Origin: a bacterium
GTDB lineage: Bacteria > Zhuqueibacterota > Zhuqueibacteria > Residuimicrobiales > Krinioviventaceae
Direction: 5' to 3'
Length of the DNA stretch: 64,000 bases
Assembly: GCA_963675755.2 (NCBI GenBank)
Contig: CAXXMD010000003.1
Span: forward strand, 1,440,001-1,504,000
This document shows positions 39,044-48,691 of this stretch, piece by piece (position 1 is the stretch's first letter; every line of letters starts with the position of its first letter). The notes below the pieces were generated by a model, which was not told the origin of the DNA, made no database searches, and saw only the letters and a program-made list of their open reading frames with translations. Position numbers and translations under genes: made by a program.

Positions 39044-40387
39044 TTAATTCGTCTGATTTATATAGGGCAACAGTTCCGTTTCACTGGACAAGGATGCATT
39101 CTTGTATTCATTTATTACTATTGCCCGCTTGCCCGATTGTGCCTGAGGAATCACATCCAGATATTCCAGTTTTATATTTGCATTGTATCCCAACAATTCC
39201 TTGTATCGCTTTATCAACAATTCAGAATGATTGAATGCGGGTTTTACCTTCAACTTGACAACATATGTATTTTTACTTTTTTGTATAAACTGAAATTGCA
39301 AGATTCCGCTTTGCAATACAAAGCTTTGATCCACAACCTGATACAATGAAGAGTAATTTATACTTTTTCCACTTGTTGAATATACTGTATCTACTATTCT
39401 ACCATGAATAGATTGGATTTGAGGAATTTCTGAATTGGAATCTTTGCACAATTCCGCGCTGTCTCCCACTTCGTATCTTATTAATGGCATGGCATAAGAA
39501 AACAGATCTGTTACTACTACTCGTCCGGGTTCTCCCGGCTTAACAGGCTCATCAGAATTGAATTTCAATAATTCAAAATAATGGGATACATGATTGACGG
39601 AATAATTCGCATCATGTTTATTTTGGTGTGCAATAATCCCCAGCTCTTGCGAAGAATAGCGGTCTAAAAGCGTACATCCAAAAACAGCTGTTGCTTTTTT
39701 CCTGACCTGGGGTGTCAATTTTTCTGCACTACATACAATTCCCTTTAAATGGAATTGATCCGGGGTATCTCCCATGTTTTTACAATATTCAGCTATATAT
39801 AACAACGGAGTGGGATAACAGACCAAAAACTGGATTTTGGGATCCATTAGATTTTTACGCTGTTCAGCAAGCCACTTTTCATCAATGGTGGTTGGATTAA
39901 TATCCAGAACATTATTGTAAAACTGTTTCCAACGGGATCTTGTCTGAGGTTTAATGTGTGCGTATTTCATACCCAGTTCATATCCGGCCCAATTATTGAA
40001 AAACAAAACTTCTGCAAGTCTCTTTTTATATTTTTCCTGTGTCATATAATATGTAAAAGGCACTCCTGATGAACCGCTTGTTGCGCGTGTAACCAGATCA
40101 GACCGATTGAACAAAGTTGAAAACATATCTTCACCTTGTTCTTTTAATACTTTTTTATCAATCACCGGAAATTCATTCAAAGAGCTAAAATTGGCAAATT
40201 GTTTATAAAACGGTGTGGTTGTACACGCATGATCAAGTATGGCCTCAAGACGATGTTGATTTACTTTTTTGAATGAAACAGGATCATCAAATGCATTTTT
40301 TAATTCATTCAAGTGGTTTCTTATATTTGCACCCCGAATAAAATCAAGCGTCCAGAATGCTCTACTTCGCAAAGCTCTATTAAACAT
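39044..40387 (-). CDS. Phenylacetate-CoA ligase-like / CapK-like adenylate-forming protein
   Basis: TSGSSG, DRYSSQELG, VTDLFSYAMPLIRYEVGD and SGKR motifs. Confidence 0.85.
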   Translation of the reverse strand: MFNRALRSRAFWTLDFIRGANIRNHLNELKNAFDDPVSFKKVNQHRLEAILDHACTTTPFYKQFANFSSLNEFPVIDKKVLKEQGEDMFSTLFNRSDLVTRATSGSSGVPFTYYMTQEKYKKRLAEVLFFNNWAGYELGMKYAHIKPQTRSRWKQFYNNVLDINPTTIDEKWLAEQRKNLMDPKIQFLVCYPTPLLYIAEYCKNMGDTPDQFHLKGIVCSAEKLTPQVRKKATAVFGCTLLDRYSSQELGIIAHQNKHDANYSVNHVSHYFELLKFNSDEPVKPGEPGRVVVTDLFSYAMPLIRYEVGDSAELCKDSNSEIPQIQSIHGRIVDTVYSTSGKSINYSSLYQVVDQSFVLQSGILQFQFIQKSKNTYVVKLKVKPAFNHSELLIKRYKELLGYNANIKLEYLDVIPQAQSGKRAIVINEYKNASLSSETELLPYINQTN

Positions 40388-40537
40388 GTAGTATTTCCTT
40401 AATATGAGTACGGATAGTAATATAGAATACACACCATATTCGTTAATTATTTCTGAAAATACATTTTATATTACAATTAGCAGTAAAATGCAAAGTGGTT
40501 AATAAAGTAGATTCCCCGAAAACAATAAAAAATAGAT

Positions 40538-41074
40538 TTAGTATAAATCAACTTTTTCTTTAAAAGTCAGGTATTTATTTTCTTGGTTTATTAAAGCTGA
40601 CCATTGTTTTATGATTTCCAAATCAACTTGAAGTTTCTTTGAAACCATGACTGCCTGATCTAGCGTTTGAAGATCATTCCAATAATAATATGCACATAAT
40701 CTATCTCTAACACAATCTGTTGGAGTTAATAATTTCAACTCACCGGTTTCGAATATCATTATATTATAATTAAATATAGCTTCATCACCAATGGACAATG
40801 GTCCTGGTGGAAATTCTACAAAATAGGTTGAATTTTGATGTTTAAAATATCTATTTTCTTTAATAAAATTTAACTTTTTCATTACCTTTTCTAATTGATC
40901 AGTATTTGTAGAAAAATTCTCTATAAAATCAAGATCAAAAGATTGATATCTGTTTTCTGTGTAAATTGAAACACATGCACCTCCGGATAAAATACATTCT
41001 ATTTCATTTTCTCTCAAATGAGATTGAACAAAAGCTGCAAACTCTCCCAATGTCATGTTTTCAATTTTCTTCAT
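40538..41074 (-). CDS. Putative nucleotidyltransferase (DNA pol-beta-like; AbiEii/MenT-like)
   Basis: SGGAC...SFDLDF (GG-xn-DxD) motif; start overlaps the stop of the upstream wHTH gene. Confidence 0.6.
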   Translation of the reverse strand: MKKIENMTLGEFAAFVQSHLRENEIECILSGGACVSIYTENRYQSFDLDFIENFSTNTDQLEKVMKKLNFIKENRYFKHQNSTYFVEFPPGPLSIGDEAIFNYNIMIFETGELKLLTPTDCVRDRLCAYYYWNDLQTLDQAVMVSKKLQVDLEIIKQWSALINQENKYLTFKEKVDLY

Positions 41075-41400
41075 AATGGTTTATCCTTACGACGAGGACG
41101 TTTACGAACCATCAACAAAGATTCCCTTTCCTGCTCAGGATAAAATTCTAAGGACTTTTCAAAAAGAATTTCAAGTTCTTTTAAAAATGGATATCTGGGA
41201 TTCATCGCATATAATCTGGTTTTACCAACAGTGCGACTAAACAAGATACCTCCGGTTTCAAGACGTTCCAATTGCTTTTGGATTTGATTTACATCCGTAT
41301 GAAAATATCGTGCAATTTCTCTTGCATAACCTTCCTTACGAAAAACCAAATACAACAGAATTCGCTCTCTATTTTTAGACCCCAATAATACTTCTAGCAT
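41071..41400 (-). CDS. Winged-helix (ArsR-like) DNA-binding protein
   Basis: GYAREIARYF...IQKQLERLE.GGIL.SRTVGKTRLY. Confidence 0.85.
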   Translation of the reverse strand: MLEVLLGSKNRERILLYLVFRKEGYAREIARYFHTDVNQIQKQLERLETGGILFSRTVGKTRLYAMNPRYPFLKELEILFEKSLEFYPEQERESLLMVRKRPRRKDKPL

Positions 41401-41403
41401 ATC

Positions 41404-41442
41404 GACCTACTATATAGGTTATATGACCTATTATGTAGGTCA
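41404..41442. promoter_or_regulatory. Tandem palindromic operator upstream of the wHTH gene
   Basis: GACCTACTATATAGGTT and TGACCTATTATGTAGGTCA (ACCTA-N5-TAGGT twice). Confidence 0.7.
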
Positions 41443-41483
41443 ATATAAACCATTTTTTTCCTTTTTACAAGTTATTTATCAAA

Positions 41484-41512
41484 AGCGTGACAGAAATAAT
41501 TTCTGTCACGCT
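41484..41512. repeat. Dispersed REP-like palindrome
   Basis: AGCGTGACAGAAATAATTTCTGTCACGCT. Confidence 0.75.
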
Positions 41513-41520
41513 CTGCATGT

Positions 41521-43545
41521 TTATATTTGTTGTTTTAGAACCTGTAACGCTTCTTTTGCGGATTCAATGAGAGGTTGTGCGGATAGTGGATTATCTACTG
41601 CCTGTTTCATCCAGGTGTCAGGCGCTACACGACCAATACGGCACATGCGTTCCATTTCAACACCCAGCTGTTTTCCCACAAGATATTGTTCTATCTGATA
41701 CATGATCATATGTCCCAAAGCATAATCCGGGGTGTATAATCCATATGCAACCAGATGTGAATAGATAGCCAGAATTTCACTGTCCTTAACACCAATTAAC
41801 GGAGCAAAATAGTTGTTCCAAACTTCTTTGGCAATATCAATAACTGCCACTTTAAATTCCGCAGGTGATGCCTGAGGATGATCGTACAACCATCGCCATG
41901 CGCGCATATCTACCAGACTCACTGCAGATATCTCACATGTGGACCAGTAGGTATCAAGCGCTTTTAGATATCTGGTAGTGGGATCATTTTGAGCAGCACC
42001 CAACAATTCCAAATCGCGTGACTGGAACACAAAAGCAAATGCTTCTGTAAAAGCGGTATTAGGTACACCAAAAAGCATATACTGATCCATTTTGTTCAAA
42101 GACAATACCTGTTCTACATTGTGACCCAGTTCATGTATTGCAATATTGTATCCCTTGTATTTCATTCCGGTTTCAGGTATGCGTGTTCTTAAATGCGCGT
42201 TATCGTCTTTACGCATAGCTCCGGAAGCATGTCCTGCTCCACGTGAAGGATCAACGGTAATTTTGCTTGCCAGATATTCGGCAGTCTCTTTATTAAAATC
42301 AAGGTTTTGTAGGATATTTGGCAAGTCCTCCTGAAACGCGGCTACAGAAGGATATTTTTCACCAACCATTCTGTCCAACTCGGCCTGATCAATACTGCTT
42401 CTTGCCTTAAATCCATCGTACCAGATATCAAAAGGCTGCAGATCTCTACCCAATCTGGTTTTAATAAACGCTGCTGTTTCTTTAGCAATGGGTGCCGTAA
42501 GAACAGATTGTAATAACGCCTCTACTTTTTCTTCAGGAATTTCACGATAACGATTAAAACGCCGATCAATCTGTGTTGGGTAATTGGGATAATAGGGATC
42601 AGCCTTTTGCTGGGCGTGGAAAACATTTAACCAATGTTGATAACGTGTATCGGGTTCTGGTATTGCTGTTTGTTTGTTACCTTTTTTATATAGAGTATTG
42701 GTAAACGGATTCCAGTCCATAGCATCGCTGTTGATGATCTGTTTAGGAATATCCTGACGGATGATATGCAGCATTACATTGTAAATCATCTCTTGTTTTG
42801 GCAGCCCGTCTTTTTGACCATAATGAGATTTCAACTCGTCTCGTAATCCCCAATGGCTGATCAGTTTCAAACCTGTGGGAAACAAGCGTTCATTTTTATC
42901 ATTCACCAAACTGTTCATAACAATATTATAATTTGCAATATAATCGTCCACCTGAACAGATGCGCTTGCAAGAGACTGGTTAACCTCAGCGGGTACCCGG
43001 GTTTCGGTTAATTCTGCCAGGCGGGCCATGGCCCACTCTTTTCGGTCCCAATGATCACCCTGCTCAAGTTTGGTATTCAGATCCTTTTGTTCAAAATTCA
43101 AAAGTACAACAAACGCCAGTTTGGTTTTAAACAAATCATCTTCTAAATGAGCAAAAGGATCATATTCAGCGAATAGATAATCAACAGGTAATACCTCTCC
43201 TACTTCAAGGGTAATTGGCTTTGACCAATAGCGATTGATTTCATGATTATGCCCCCAGAGTACTTCCATATTGTTCTGAAAACGCTGAAAGGTTTGATCA
43301 AGTTTTTCATTATCAGAAATAAAATTATTTACACAGAATTCTTTAAACGCTTCCGGGGTGCCATCCTGCTCCATCCATAGAACCGCGGTCTGTTGAACAC
43401 CTGTTTCTGCACGCTGCTGTTGATCTGCACCATGTGTTTTTACTATAGCATCAACTGTATTTTGAATTTGGGTTTTGTTCACTATTCCTCCCCATGAGTG
43501 GATAGATAATGACAAGATAAACAGTACGAAAAAAAGACGTTTCAT
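41521..43545 (-). CDS. Secreted zincin-like (HEXXH) protein
   Basis: Signal peptide; IHELGH followed by FTEAFA (gluzincin-like third ligand); YALGH. Confidence 0.65.
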   Translation of the reverse strand: MKRLFFVLFILSLSIHSWGGIVNKTQIQNTVDAIVKTHGADQQQRAETGVQQTAVLWMEQDGTPEAFKEFCVNNFISDNEKLDQTFQRFQNNMEVLWGHNHEINRYWSKPITLEVGEVLPVDYLFAEYDPFAHLEDDLFKTKLAFVVLLNFEQKDLNTKLEQGDHWDRKEWAMARLAELTETRVPAEVNQSLASASVQVDDYIANYNIVMNSLVNDKNERLFPTGLKLISHWGLRDELKSHYGQKDGLPKQEMIYNVMLHIIRQDIPKQIINSDAMDWNPFTNTLYKKGNKQTAIPEPDTRYQHWLNVFHAQQKADPYYPNYPTQIDRRFNRYREIPEEKVEALLQSVLTAPIAKETAAFIKTRLGRDLQPFDIWYDGFKARSSIDQAELDRMVGEKYPSVAAFQEDLPNILQNLDFNKETAEYLASKITVDPSRGAGHASGAMRKDDNAHLRTRIPETGMKYKGYNIAIHELGHNVEQVLSLNKMDQYMLFGVPNTAFTEAFAFVFQSRDLELLGAAQNDPTTRYLKALDTYWSTCEISAVSLVDMRAWRWLYDHPQASPAEFKVAVIDIAKEVWNNYFAPLIGVKDSEILAIYSHLVAYGLYTPDYALGHMIMYQIEQYLVGKQLGVEMERMCRIGRVAPDTWMKQAVDNPLSAQPLIESAKEALQVLKQQI

Positions 43546-43847
43546 TGGACCTCCGTTTTTGCAAAATATATCAACTTTTTACACCACATTCAACAATATT
43601 ACAAAAATAGATATTCAACAGAATTTAATTTAAAACTGTATTCTTTTTGCTTGCGAAAATAGTCGCAAACCAATATCTTGTAAAAATTATTCTAAATTAG
43701 TTAAAATTGTATACCCGTTTAGATTATATTTGTTTCACTGCCTGTATAGAATATTCTAATAATCGTTCCTTCAAAATCGCAATTATTATTCGGATCCATA
43801 TCCAAATATTTCATTCTTAATTAATTTTCAAAAGCGGAGGTCCAGAA

Positions 43848-44555
43848 ATGTCTGCATTTACAGCGGAAATCATCGGTACAGCGATTTTAATTTTATTGGG
43901 TGGTGGTGTTTGTGCCAATGTATTGTTAAACAATACCAAAGGAAACAAGGCCGGTTGGATTGTGGTAACCTTTGGTTGGGGAATGGGAGTTTTTACAGCT
44001 GTTTTTACGGTTTCCTCATTCAGCGGAGCGCACATAAATCCCGCGGTAACAATAGGTTTGGCTGCAGCCGGTAAATTCTCATGGGCACTGGTACCGCAAT
44101 ATATTCTGGCCCAAATGATTGGTGCTATGATTGGTGCTACTCTGGTTTGGATCCATTACCGTCAACATTTTGCAAACACTGAAGAAAAAGAGCTCAAACT
44201 CTATGTATTTGTTACAACGCCTCAATACCGCAACTATTTTGATAATTTTATATCAGAAGTTATTGGAACATTTCTTTTGGTGTTTGCGGTAATTTATATT
44301 GCCGCACCGGATGTTGGCTTGGGTGCTCTCAGTGCGCTTCCGGTTGCTCTGTTGGTTTTTGCAATTGGTTTGTCTTTGGGTGGAACAACAGGATATGCTA
44401 TAAATCCTGCTCGTGATCTGGGCCCCCGTATTATGCATGCCATATTGCCCATACCCAACAAAGCAAAGAGTGACTGGGCATATGCCTGGGTACCTATTGC
44501 AGGTCCTGTTACCGGTGCTTTGCTTGCGGCATTTGCATATAATTTATTGAAATGA
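43848..44555 (+). CDS. glpF: MIP family channel (glycerol uptake facilitator-like)
   Basis: SGAHINPAVT and TGYAINPARD NPA boxes. Confidence 0.9.
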   Translation: MSAFTAEIIGTAILILLGGGVCANVLLNNTKGNKAGWIVVTFGWGMGVFTAVFTVSSFSGAHINPAVTIGLAAAGKFSWALVPQYILAQMIGAMIGATLVWIHYRQHFANTEEKELKLYVFVTTPQYRNYFDNFISEVIGTFLLVFAVIYIAAPDVGLGALSALPVALLVFAIGLSLGGTTGYAINPARDLGPRIMHAILPIPNKAKSDWAYAWVPIAGPVTGALLAAFAYNLLK

Positions 44556-44592
44556 TCTTTTTAAAAAAGTCTAATACTTGATCGAGTTTATA

Positions 44593-44628
44593 AAAAAAAA
44601 GCCGGATAGTTAATATCCGGCTTTTTTT
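44593..44628. terminator. Bidirectional terminator
   Basis: A run-GCCGGATA...TATCCGGC-T run between convergent genes. Confidence 0.8.
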
Positions 44629-44637
44629 ATAACAAAT

Positions 44638-45984
44638 CTATTTTTCAAGAAAAGGCAAGACTTCTCCATCCCTCTCCAGGTTACCTTTATTATAATTGTT
44701 AATAAATATACTTCGTTTGCCTGATCGCATAGGCGGTATTGAATCCACATACTCGATGGTAAAATTTGCTTCTTTACCAAACAGATTTTTATACCGCTGT
44801 AAAAGATGCGCTTCTGTTTCTTTGTTATAGTTTGGTTTGGGTTGCAGCTTTATACGATATCCATCCCGTGTTTCCTGAATAAACTGGTATTGAAAGATTT
44901 TGTCCGGAAGGGTTTCGTCCTTGTCAATCACACCATACAATGCAGAATGGTTGACACTCTCTCCTTTTGGAGTATAAACCGCCTCTACAATTCGCCCGTT
45001 TATAGCTTTTATCTGCATTATCGGAGTATCCGTTTTTTCATACAATTGAGCACTGTCTCCCACTTCAAATCGCACAAGCGGCATAGCATAGGAGAACATA
45101 TCTGTGGCTACAATTCTACCGGATTCTCCGGGCTCTACGGGTTCATCCTTGTCAAATTTCAAAATTTCAATAAAATGTGAAGTAAAATTTACAGAATAAC
45201 TTTCCTGATCTCGGTTTTGATGAGCTATTACACCCAATTCCTGAGATGAATATCGATCCAATACTGTGCAGCCTAAAATCCGTTGTGCACGTTCTTTAAC
45301 AGATAATGTGAGTTTTTCGGCACTGCAAATCACACCTTTTAAATGAAACATGTCAGGTGTGTCACCTTTAGATTCACAATATTGTACGATATATGAAAGA
45401 TTAATAGGATAACATACCAAAAATTTAACTCGGGGATTTTTTAAATTATTTCGCTGTGTTTCAAGCCATTGTTCATCAATTCTGCTGGGATCAATATACA
45501 ACGTGTTATTGAAAAACCGTTGTTTTTTAGGCAGATACTGTGGACGAATATGCCCATAACGCATACCCAGTTTGTATCCCGCCCATCCGTTGAAAAATAA
45601 CAGTTCCGCAACTCGCTTATTGTATTTTTCCCGGGTCATGTAATAGGTAAAAGGAATACCATATGATCCGCTTGTGGTTCGTGTTACCAAGTCATTTTTG
45701 TTATACAAGGAAGAAAAAAGATTATCATAATTGGCTTTGAGTTCATTCTTGGTAATTACCGGAAAATCATGTATAGAATTAAAACCGGAAAATTGATTAT
45801 AAAATTTTGTGGTTGAGCAGGCGTGAGTAAGTAGATTTTCTAATCGTTGTTGATTGATTTTTTCAAAAGACAGCGGATCTTTAAAAGCTTGTTCCATTTC
45901 TGCTAAATGATTATAAACACCTCGCCCTTTGAGTCTATCAATAAACCAAAAAGCATTGCTTCTTAAATCCTCGTCCCATGACAT
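44638..45984 (-). CDS. Phenylacetate-CoA ligase-like / CapK-like protein (paralog of 39044-40387)
   Basis: TTSGSYG, DRYSSQELG and YAMPLVRFEVGD motifs. Confidence 0.85.
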   Translation of the reverse strand: MSWDEDLRSNAFWFIDRLKGRGVYNHLAEMEQAFKDPLSFEKINQQRLENLLTHACSTTKFYNQFSGFNSIHDFPVITKNELKANYDNLFSSLYNKNDLVTRTTSGSYGIPFTYYMTREKYNKRVAELLFFNGWAGYKLGMRYGHIRPQYLPKKQRFFNNTLYIDPSRIDEQWLETQRNNLKNPRVKFLVCYPINLSYIVQYCESKGDTPDMFHLKGVICSAEKLTLSVKERAQRILGCTVLDRYSSQELGVIAHQNRDQESYSVNFTSHFIEILKFDKDEPVEPGESGRIVATDMFSYAMPLVRFEVGDSAQLYEKTDTPIMQIKAINGRIVEAVYTPKGESVNHSALYGVIDKDETLPDKIFQYQFIQETRDGYRIKLQPKPNYNKETEAHLLQRYKNLFGKEANFTIEYVDSIPPMRSGKRSIFINNYNKGNLERDGEVLPFLEK

Positions 45985-46017
45985 TTTTTGCTCCTTAATA
46001 TTCCGGAATAGAGTAAT

Positions 46018-47241
46018 TTATCTATTCGATTCTAATACTTGGACAAACACATCGCCAAGTTTATTTCTCGAAAATTCATTTTCTGCCAATTTTCTTGCAT
46101 TCACACCCATTTTTTTTCTATCATTTGAATTTACAAATTTTTCTACTGTATTTGCAAAATCATTGGCATCATCGGGTTTACAGACCATTCCACACTGATG
46201 TTCCTTGATCATATCCGCAAGCCAACCCGGATAATTGTTTAACACCGGTATTCCACTGGATATATAATCAAAAAATTTGTTGGGTGACGTTCCATAATAA
46301 AATTCAGGTATATTGGCCAGGATCATCATTCCCACATCAAACTGTGGCAGTAATTCAGCAAGATCTGTTTTCACTGTCCTGCCTACCCAGGAAATATAAT
46401 CCGTCAATTCTTCATCTTTTGAACGTTGAATCAATCTTTCTTTTTGGTTTCCGGTACCAATAAAAACAAAATGTGCTCCTTTGAACTGCCGGCGTTTCAA
46501 TTCAGCAATTCCATCCAATACCGCATCAAGTCCATTAGCTCGTCCGTGCGCTCCTGAAAAAACAAATTTCACATCTCCGGGATTACCATAAGGCAATTCC
46601 TTTTTTTGTCCTTCAAGGGGCTTGAATAAATCGAGATCACAACAATTTGGAATTATACTAATTTTCTCTTCCGGATACCCTGTTCTTGCAATTCCTTCTT
46701 TCATCCCCGGAGAAAGCGCAACAATATGTTTCGATGCGTTGTAAATGGAATGTTCCATATTGATCAAATAGCGTCTGGCAAGCGGATTTTTTACCGCTCC
46801 CAGAGCAAAAATCAATTCCGGCCACAGGTCTCTTACTTCAAATACAAATGGTACACCCAATTTTTTTGCCGCTTTTTTAGCCGGTAACCCTACGGTCAAA
46901 GGTGTAGAGGTTGCAAAAATAAGATCGGGTTTACATTCCATAATTTTTTTATAGGTTGCATTCGCAAAACTAAAAAACGCCTTTGCTCTCTGTACAAGAT
47001 TATAATAATTTGATGAAGGTGAATCAATCAACTTGACCGTTATTCCATCAATTTCAACCGTATCTTTACCATCAACAATATTTAGCTGCGTATCAATGTG
47101 ACTGAAATCTTTATGATTTGCCGAAGTGATCATGGTAACTTTGTGACCAGCTTGTATGAGTTTTAGTGCCCATTCATATGATCGCGTTCCCGCACCACCT
47201 GCCGGAGTATGAAAATACTGATGTATATATGCAACGTGCAT
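46018..47241 (-). CDS. Glycosyltransferase family 4 (WbuB-like)
   Basis: QYF.TP, TSTPL, VFEVRDLWPE and SPNKFFDY motifs. Confidence 0.92.
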   Translation of the reverse strand: MHVAYIHQYFHTPAGGAGTRSYEWALKLIQAGHKVTMITSANHKDFSHIDTQLNIVDGKDTVEIDGITVKLIDSPSSNYYNLVQRAKAFFSFANATYKKIMECKPDLIFATSTPLTVGLPAKKAAKKLGVPFVFEVRDLWPELIFALGAVKNPLARRYLINMEHSIYNASKHIVALSPGMKEGIARTGYPEEKISIIPNCCDLDLFKPLEGQKKELPYGNPGDVKFVFSGAHGRANGLDAVLDGIAELKRRQFKGAHFVFIGTGNQKERLIQRSKDEELTDYISWVGRTVKTDLAELLPQFDVGMMILANIPEFYYGTSPNKFFDYISSGIPVLNNYPGWLADMIKEHQCGMVCKPDDANDFANTVEKFVNSNDRKKMGVNARKLAENEFSRNKLGDVFVQVLESNR

Positions 47242-47335
47242 ATTTCCGCCCTGATTTTTTTAATTGTATGAGACCTAGTAAACAACTAAATATAATATAA
47301 AATTTCATAAACTGTATATAAATAAATAATTATTT

Positions 47336-48535
47336 TCATCCTGGATTTTCATACCAAATAACACCTAATCCCTTATCATCCTGTCTTTCTTCACATGTCA
47401 AAACATCCATATCACCATCTTTATCCAGATCAATTAATTCTATACGGTCATATTTTATTCCTTTTGGACCGCTTATCTCATTGGGTATCCATTGATCATC
47501 ACCTTTTTTCAACCACATTACACCCGAGCGATTTTCCTGAGCATGTTCACATGTGAATACCAAATCCATTTGCCCGTCTTTATCAAAATCTGCGGCAGAG
47601 ACTGCTTTTGCAGAACCCGTATTTTCCGGAAACGATATTTTTTGTTCTGCCCAGATATTACTACCCAGGTTCTTGTATATAATAATCTGATCTGGTTTTG
47701 CTGCTGCTAAAATTTCCTTTTGCTTATCATTATCTATATCCACTATATCAATAAACATTACCTCTACATCAGAAGCTCCAATCAAATGATCTCGCCAAAG
47801 GTTTTTCAGTTTTTGTGAATCATTTGGTCTTTCCAACCAGCGAATGCCTCTCCGCTCTCCCCTGCGATCCGATATCAAAATATCCTCATCTCCATCTCCA
47901 TCCATATCCCGGGAGATAATAGACATTACCCATCCAACCGGTGTAATTGGGTGCCATTTATAATCGTCAAGGTTACGCGGATTCTCTGGAGCTTCGAGCC
48001 ACCCAAGTTCTGCATTTTCATTTTTTCCAGCACATATCAAATCAATTCCATTTACATCATCCACTTGCATGGGCATACAAAACATCCATTGCATTCTGTT
48101 TTCAGTAACGGGTATGCTTTTATACTTCCATTTCAAGCTGTCCAGATATTGTTCTTTATTTTTCGGTGCCCAGTGAACATACACGCGTTTATTTTTACCT
48201 TCACAACAGGAAATAACATCTGTATTACCATCAGAATCCAAATCAACAAACACCGCATCTTCTACGGACCCGGTACGCCCTACCTGAACCGATGGCCAGG
48301 GCATTTTTACTTTTTCTTTGCCAGGATTCAAATATACTTTGGTAATTCCTCCTTCTTCCCAGCCCGTCGTAATGTCCATTAATCCATCGCTATTTACATC
48401 ATCTAAACGTACCCCATCTGCTCCTCTTGATTCATTATCAACGATATGACATTGCCAGGCAGTTCCATAAGGATACTTTTTTTCACACGAGAATAATACG
48501 ATGAGAATCAGTAAAAAAAGTATATATTTTTTCAT
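47336..48535 (-). CDS. FG-GAP/VCBS repeat lipoprotein
   Basis: Lipobox FSC; multiple D.D.DG..D repeats. Confidence 0.85.
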   Translation of the reverse strand: MKKYILFLLILIVLFSCEKKYPYGTAWQCHIVDNESRGADGVRLDDVNSDGLMDITTGWEEGGITKVYLNPGKEKVKMPWPSVQVGRTGSVEDAVFVDLDSDGNTDVISCCEGKNKRVYVHWAPKNKEQYLDSLKWKYKSIPVTENRMQWMFCMPMQVDDVNGIDLICAGKNENAELGWLEAPENPRNLDDYKWHPITPVGWVMSIISRDMDGDGDEDILISDRRGERRGIRWLERPNDSQKLKNLWRDHLIGASDVEVMFIDIVDIDNDKQKEILAAAKPDQIIIYKNLGSNIWAEQKISFPENTGSAKAVSAADFDKDGQMDLVFTCEHAQENRSGVMWLKKGDDQWIPNEISGPKGIKYDRIELIDLDKDGDMDVLTCEERQDDKGLGVIWYENPG

Positions 48536-48691
48536 ATCAACTCCAATTCATAAATCTGACATTTTCTATATTTATTTGTCTAAACAAGAGTTATAAAAAT
48601 ACAAAACTTTTCAATTATATAAACATATAAAATTATGACAAAGGTATGGTAATTATAGGATAGAAATTCTCAAAAATACTGTTTTAATAAA

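Noticed and set aside
43651-43668. Palindrome TTGCGAAAATAGTCGCAA upstream of glpF
   Set aside because: Single short occurrence; no regulator can be assigned.
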